A stretch of 64,000 nt of DNA from an uncultured Acidobacteriota bacterium (GTDB lineage: Bacteria > Acidobacteriota > Thermoanaerobaculia > UBA5066), in contig CAWCSP010000004.1 in NCBI GenBank assembly GCA_963798215.1, forward strand, positions 702,159-766,158, read 5' to 3'. The notes beneath the pieces were generated by a model. The model made no database searches. It was not told the DNA's origin and worked only from the letters and a program-made list of their open reading frames with translations. The translations under genes and the position numbers were made by a program. Positions 59,643 through 64,000 of the stretch are shown here, in pieces; within the stretch, counting starts at the first letter, position 1; each line of letters begins with the position of its first letter.

Positions 59643-60104
59643 TCAGTGCATCCGTTTGACCCTGGGCTCCGTGCGCGGCGCGCGGGCCTTCAGAACCCTG
59701 CGGTCCGGATGCGTCGGGCGGTCGATGCCGCGGCCAAGGATCTCGAGAAGGTCGGACGTCGTGACGATGCCGACCAGGCGTGGCGTCCGGCCGGGCTGGA
59801 CGACGGGGAGGCAGCTGATGTTGCGGCCCCGCATGAGGTTCGCGGCCTGGCGGACGGACATCTCGGGGTCGGCGGTCACGACGTGCGGCGACATGACGTC
59901 GGCCACGCGGTGGTTGCGCCGGAACTCGTCCTGGCTCGGGGCCCCGAGATCGTGCGAGGACACGACGCCGACGAGCGCGGCGTCGTCGTCACGGACGACG
60001 AGGTGGCGGACGTTGAGGGCTTTCATGGTCGCGAACGCGGTTTCCGCGGTCTCCCGGGCCGCGATCGTCCTCACGTCCGGAGTCATCACGTCCTGAACGC
60101 GCAT
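59643..60104 (-). CDS. CBS-pair domain protein
   Basis: 153 aa with two CBS motifs (...VRHLVVRDDDAALVGVVSSHDL..., ...ISCLPVVQPGRTPRLVGIVTTSDLL...). Confidence 0.6.
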   Translation of the reverse strand: MRVQDVMTPDVRTIAARETAETAFATMKALNVRHLVVRDDDAALVGVVSSHDLGAPSQDEFRRNHRVADVMSPHVVTADPEMSVRQAANLMRGRNISCLPVVQPGRTPRLVGIVTTSDLLEILGRGIDRPTHPDRRVLKARAPRTEPRVKRMH

Positions 60105-60205
60105 GGACCCTCCTTACCGGCGCACCTGGCGCGCCTGCATCCGTCTGGAAGGTGGGTCCGCGCGCCCTCCCGCGCATGGAGCAGATGAATCAGGGCGCCG
60201 GACGC

Positions 60206-61864
60206 CTAACGGGACGCGGTCTTCACGGCCACCTTGCCGTGGAGGACCTCTCCGGCTTTCACCTGCGCCTGGCGGGACAGGTCGATCGACTCGGCGAGGA
60301 TGCGGGCCATCTCCTGCGGGGCGTGGAAGCCCATGGAGTTCTCGGCCGCCACCATGTCGAGGCGCCACTGCGCCGCGCGCTGCAGCTCGCCCAGCTCCCT
60401 GATGGCCGGATCCTTGTCCACGACCGTGCGCCACGCGGCGAGGAGGTTCGCCTTCGTCTCGGCGGCCAGCTTCTTGTCCTGGTCTTCCTTGGCGAGCTTC
60501 AGGAAGTCAGCGTCCTTTTCGAGCGTGGCCTTCGCCTTCACGGCCGCGGCGGGGCGGTTCTGCTCGTCGTACGGCGCCCGCACGGCCACGATCGCGTCGA
60601 TCATGGCGACAGCCGCCTGGCCCGCGCGCGTCATGAGCGCGAAGTGCCGGTCCTGGATGGCCTCGACGCGGCTCTTGAGCTCCTCGTCGCTGTACGGGTG
60701 GCACGTGGCACACGAGCGGTTCGCCGAGAGGAGCGGGCTTCGCACCCAGTGCTCGGAGATCTTCTGGGCGCCATCGCGGCGGTACGACATGTGGCAGTCG
60801 GCGCAGGCGACGCCGCTCCGGGCATGGATGCCCTGGCTCCACATCTCGAACTCGGGGTGCTGGGCCTTGAGCACCTCCATGCCGGTTTCGGCATGCGTCC
60901 AGTCCTTGAACCGGGCGCCCTTGACCTGCATGCCGTCGTAGACCTTCTCCATGTCCTCGACCTTCAGTCCCTCGCCCCACGGGAAGAAGATCGTCGTGCC
61001 TTTGCCGCAGAAGTACTCGACGTGGCACTGGCCGCAGACGTACGAGCGCTTCTCCTGCCGCGTCGCGTCGATGTTGGGGTCGTACGGGTGGGCGCGGTCG
61101 CCCTTCCGCCAGCGCTCGATGCTCGGCAGATGCGGCACGTCGGCCTTCGAGGCGGCCAGCTTCTGGATGCCGGCGATGAAGGCCGGGCGCGTCACGCGCA
61201 GCTCCATCGACTTCGGGTCGTGGCAGTCCACGCACGAGACCGGGTGGACCTTGCCGCCGGTCACCTGCTCGAGCGCCTTGTGGGCGTCCCAGTAGCCCAT
61301 CTCGCCGACCTTCTCAAGCCCCTTCTGCAACTGCTCGGCCTCGCTCGCCTGCGGCGCCGCTTCCTTCCCGAGCTTCTTGTAGAGCGGGATGATCGACGCG
61401 TGGCAGTGGAGGCAGTTGCCCGACTGCTTGGCTTCGGCCGGCACGTTGCGCTTCGTGTTCTCCTGGTCGGTCAGCATGAACGCGTGGCCCCGGCGGTCGC
61501 GGTAGTCGACCGCGAAGAGGTACCCCGCGAAGATCCGCGTCAGCCACGGGTCGCGCGCGGCCTTCTCGGGCGGCACGAGGCCCTCGGCCCCGCCCCAGCC
61601 TCCGCCGTACTTCGTGTGCGTCGGCTCGGACGTGCGCTTGTACCCGTCGTACTCGCGCGGCCAGTTTGTGCCCCACTTGGCCGGATCGACGTCGTTCTCC
61701 GTCACCTCGGCGAGCTTGACGTAGGAGTTCTTCGCCTCCTGCTTGCGCTCCGTGATGTTGACGAGCAGGGCGGCGGCGACGAGGGCGACGAGGGCGAAGA
61801 CGCCCGCGACGAGGGCGATGAGGAGCCCGCTCTTTTTTTTGGGCCCGGCGTTGTCTGCGGTCAT
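60206..61864 (-). CDS. nrfA: ammonia-forming cytochrome c nitrite reductase, pentaheme NrfA
   Basis: 552 aa with an N-terminal TM anchor and five CxxCH motifs (CLHCH, CVDCH, CGQCH, CADCH, CATCH); Ca-site residues. Confidence 0.9.
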   Translation of the reverse strand: MTADNAGPKKKSGLLIALVAGVFALVALVAAALLVNITERKQEAKNSYVKLAEVTENDVDPAKWGTNWPREYDGYKRTSEPTHTKYGGGWGGAEGLVPPEKAARDPWLTRIFAGYLFAVDYRDRRGHAFMLTDQENTKRNVPAEAKQSGNCLHCHASIIPLYKKLGKEAAPQASEAEQLQKGLEKVGEMGYWDAHKALEQVTGGKVHPVSCVDCHDPKSMELRVTRPAFIAGIQKLAASKADVPHLPSIERWRKGDRAHPYDPNIDATRQEKRSYVCGQCHVEYFCGKGTTIFFPWGEGLKVEDMEKVYDGMQVKGARFKDWTHAETGMEVLKAQHPEFEMWSQGIHARSGVACADCHMSYRRDGAQKISEHWVRSPLLSANRSCATCHPYSDEELKSRVEAIQDRHFALMTRAGQAAVAMIDAIVAVRAPYDEQNRPAAAVKAKATLEKDADFLKLAKEDQDKKLAAETKANLLAAWRTVVDKDPAIRELGELQRAAQWRLDMVAAENSMGFHAPQEMARILAESIDLSRQAQVKAGEVLHGKVAVKTASR

Positions 61865-61894
61865 GACGTGCTCCTATTCGGGTGGTGACGAATC

Positions 61895-62365
61895 TCAGCG
61901 CGGGTGGCCGACCGACGCGTGGCAGCGGACGCACGAGACGTCGCCGCTTTGGGACATCGAGTCGACGAGATCGGCGTGGCAGCGGCGGCAGTTGGCTTCG
62001 ACGACCGCCGTGCTCTCGGGGCGGGCGCGGATCACGTCCGGGTAGCCGCCCATCGTGAAGGCCCACGAGTGGTGCCAGCCGTTGAGAGCCTTGACGGCAT
62101 ATTTCGAGACCGGCCCGGCCGGGGTGTGGCAGTCGTTGCACGTGGCGGCGCCGTGGTGGGGCCCGGTCAGCCAGCCGGCGTAGTGCCCGGCCATCACGTG
62201 GCAGTTGGCGCACGTTGCGGGGTCGTTTCCCATGTAGGACGAGCCCTTGGCGTACCAGAAGGCGTAGCCGCCGACCCCGAGCGCCAGCCCGGCCGCGGCG
62301 GCGGCGAGCGTCAGGGGGACCGGGAGGAGAGAAAACCCGCGGCTCGACCTCATGCGCGCCCGCAC
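61895..62365 (-). CDS. nrfH: NrfH (NapC/NirT family) tetraheme membrane quinol dehydrogenase
   Basis: 156 aa with an N-terminal TM helix and four CxxCH motifs (CANCH, CNDCH, CRRCH, CVRCH). Confidence 0.85.
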   Translation of the reverse strand: MRARMRSSRGFSLLPVPLTLAAAAAGLALGVGGYAFWYAKGSSYMGNDPATCANCHVMAGHYAGWLTGPHHGAATCNDCHTPAGPVSKYAVKALNGWHHSWAFTMGGYPDVIRARPESTAVVEANCRRCHADLVDSMSQSGDVSCVRCHASVGHPR

Positions 62366-62408
62366 AACGTAGGGGCGCCGGCAATTTCCCGTCGATGAGA
62401 CAGGTGAA

Positions 62409-62927
62409 TCACGGCCGGAAGCCGTTCGCGACGAGCGGCTTGGCGTCGGTCTGGGGGACGTGACAGGTGGTGCAGACGAACCGGCTGCCTGCGATCTCGG
62501 CCCGCTTTACGGTCGGGGCGTTCCGGAGGTCGACGTAGTGACTCGCCGGGGCCTGGACGGGTCCGTCGGCATCGGGCTTGTCCATGGCATGACACGTCAG
62601 GCAACCGTTGTCGGCGCGCGTGATCGGGAGCATGCCGTCGACCGTGTGCGGGATGAGCGGCGGCGCGAAGTCGAACGGGCGGGGGAGAACCTTGCCGTCG
62701 CCGGGGTCCTTCGCTGAATACTCGTACGAGCGCGGCGCCGGAACGCCGGTGACGGGCGACTTTTCGAGGCCGAGGCTCGCGTCCGGGATTCCGGAGACGG
62801 AGGAGGGGACCGAAGATTTCTTAGAAGGTGAAGGGGTCGATGCGCAGGCGACGAGAGCCGCGGCTGCGGCGAGGGCAGCGCTCGCTGCGCACGCCAAGGC
62901 AAGTGGAGATCGGGTCGCTGATCGCAT
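62409..62927 (-). CDS. napB: periplasmic nitrate reductase dihaem cytochrome c subunit NapB (lipoprotein-type signal)
   Basis: 172 aa; LVACAS lipobox-like signal; two haem motifs CLTCH and CTTCH with the spacing typical of NapB. Confidence 0.8.
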   Translation of the reverse strand: MRSATRSPLALACAASAALAAAAALVACASTPSPSKKSSVPSSVSGIPDASLGLEKSPVTGVPAPRSYEYSAKDPGDGKVLPRPFDFAPPLIPHTVDGMLPITRADNGCLTCHAMDKPDADGPVQAPASHYVDLRNAPTVKRAEIAGSRFVCTTCHVPQTDAKPLVANGFRP

Positions 62928-62992
62928 CGTGGCCTGCCTTTCTTCTCTCTACCTTCTAAGCTCTTCTCTTTTTCTTCTTCTTTTCTTTCTCA
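62813..62992. repeat. motif copy in napB 5' coding region (62818-62832), inverted partner accttctaag (62951-60), and a 52-nt pyrimidine-only tract (purine-only on the mRNA) between napA and napB
   Basis: tcttctctctaccttctaagctcttctctttttcttcttcttttctttctca at 62941-62992, read from the sequence. Confidence 0.5.
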
Positions 62993-64000
62993 GGCCTTCG
63001 TCACCTTCACGGCGCACTTCTTGAAGTCGATCTGCTTCGAGATCGGGCACGTCGCGTCGAGGGTCACCTTGTTGATGAGGATGGACTCGTCGAACCACGG
63101 GACGTACACGAGGCCGCGCGGCATCCTGTACCGGCCCGCCGTCTCGACGGAGACCTGGATCTTCCCGCGGCGCGACTCGATCCACGCGATGTCGCGGCGC
63201 TTGAGGCCGCGCTGCGCGGCGTCCTTCTCGTGGATGTAGAGGAGCGCGGCCGGCATTGCCGCGTTCAGCTCGGGGACGCGCCGCGTCATGGTCCCCGAGT
63301 GCCAGTGCTCGAGGACGCGGCCCGTGCAGAGCCACAGGTCGTAGACTGCGTCGGGCACCTCGGCCGGAGCCGCGTACGGCCGGAAGAAGATCTTGGCTTT
63401 CCCCGCGAGCGACACCTTCTCGGAGCCGTCCGGTCTCTCGAGGTCCCCCTTCGGGAGCGACTTCATCGCCTTGCCGTAGAAGTCGAAGCCAGCGCCCTTC
63501 CTTGCGTACGGGTCGTACGCCTCGTTGAAGCGCCAGGGTGTCTCCTTGCCGTCGACGACGGGCCACCTCAGGCCGCGCACGTCGTCGGCGAGGTACCGGT
63601 CGAACGGGGCGAGGTCGTGCCCGTGGCCGCGCCCGAAGCCCGCGTACTCCTCGAAGAGCGCCTTCTCGGGGAACCACGTCGCGCCGAGCTGCGCGGCCGT
63701 CGCATTCGCGTGGCCCTTCGCGATCGGATCAGGCCAGAGGAACTTCCTGCTGCCCGCCGTCGCGAAGAGGACGTCGTAGAGCGTGCTGTCGGGCGTGTAG
63801 CCCATCTTGACGGCGTCCTCGAGGACCGAAGGGAGCCTGCCGTCTGCGAAGCCGTCCGCCTTCAGGCCGGGGACCGGCTGCTCGCCCCAGACGTCCCGGA
63901 GCTTGAAGCGCTTGGCGAACTCGAGGATCTGCCAGACGTCGGTCTTCGCGTCGCCGGGCGCGGGCACCTGCTGGCGCCAGAGCTGCGTGCGGCGCTCGGA
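62990..64000 (-). CDS. napA: periplasmic nitrate reductase catalytic subunit NapA; C-terminal ~336 aa only, gene continues beyond the window
   Basis: C-terminus ...[41 protein letters not shown] closely matches the NapA C-terminal signature. The M at 63967 in the ORF track is internal. Confidence 0.9.
   Translation of the reverse strand, partial: SERRTQLWRQQVPAPGDAKTDVWQILEFAKRFKLRDVWGEQPVPGLKADGFADGRLPSVLEDAVKMGYTPDSTLYDVLFATAGSRKFLWPDPIAKGHANATAAQLGATWFPEKALFEEYAGFGRGHGHDLAPFDRYLADDVRGLRWPVVDGKETPWRFNEAYDPYARKGAGFDFYGKAMKSLPKGDLERPDGSEKVSLAGKAKIFFRPYAAPAEVPDAVYDLWLCTGRVLEHWHSGTMTRRVPELNAAMPAALLYIHEKDAAQRGLKRRDIAWIESRRGKIQVSVETAGRYRMPRGLVYVPWFDESILINKVTLDATCPISKQIDFKKCAVKVTKA

Overview
This is a 64 kb, high-GC (about 70%) bacterial chromosomal segment. 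I could support about 69 protein-coding genes. I saw no rRNA, tRNA, CRISPR array, transposase or integrase. Most long ORFs on the alternate strand or frame in the supplied ORF track are artefacts of GC bias and were discarded.

Gene content, left to right:
- 1-3.6 kb (minus strand): a four-gene run MarR -> ArsR -> class-V PLP aminotransferase -> Cys/Met gamma-lyase (truncated at the window edge).
- 3.6-6.2 kb: pal lipoprotein, a ClC chloride channel and a secreted hypothetical protein.
- 6.2-8.5 kb: STAS and secreted Hsp20-like proteins, a second near-identical ArsR paralog with a DUF302 gene, and an FmdB zinc ribbon.
- 8.5-14.6 kb: a tripartite RND efflux system (TolC-like outer membrane factor, lipoprotein adaptor, RND pump) followed by a P-II-like gene.
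- 14.6-18.8 kb: DUF2892-OsmC on one strand and DUF1634-TauE/SafE, an acyltransferase, DinB and FAH-family genes on the other.
- 18.8-24.5 kb: a hypothetical membrane protein, then a hybrid sensor kinase translationally coupled to a REC-GAF-Ser/Thr kinase.
- 24.6-25.3 kb: a VapBC toxin-antitoxin pair.
- 25.3-31.3 kb: a LuxR regulator, an outer-membrane porin and four tandem orphan ABC substrate-binding proteins.
- 31.4-41.1 kb: SAM methyltransferase, YyaL/DUF255 thioredoxin-like protein, HpcH aldolase and citrate synthase with a perfect CRP-type site upstream; then a secreted hypothetical, a DinB-like protein and a TetR-nitrilase-CBS operon divergent from a CPBP protease.
- 41.1-49 kb: dld divergent from lutABC, with leuC-leuD directly downstream of lutC.
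- 49-51.2 kb: an endonuclease/exonuclease/phosphatase (EEP) family gene and a LysR regulator.
- 51.2-59.6 kb: a putative leader peptide and attenuator followed by ilvD-ilvB-ilvN-ilvC-leuA-leuB-ilvE.
- 59.6-64 kb: a CBS-pair protein and a compact nitrate-to-ammonium module napA(partial)-napB-nrfH-nrfA.

Most notable observations:
- A recurring AT-rich ~15-20 bp dyad motif, TTTCTT(A/C)GAAGGTGAA, found in inverted pairs in both coding and intergenic DNA.
- Four frameshifts confined to leuC, leuD and ilvC, three at C-runs and one an apparently missing base.
- A probable ilv leader peptide and intrinsic-terminator attenuator.
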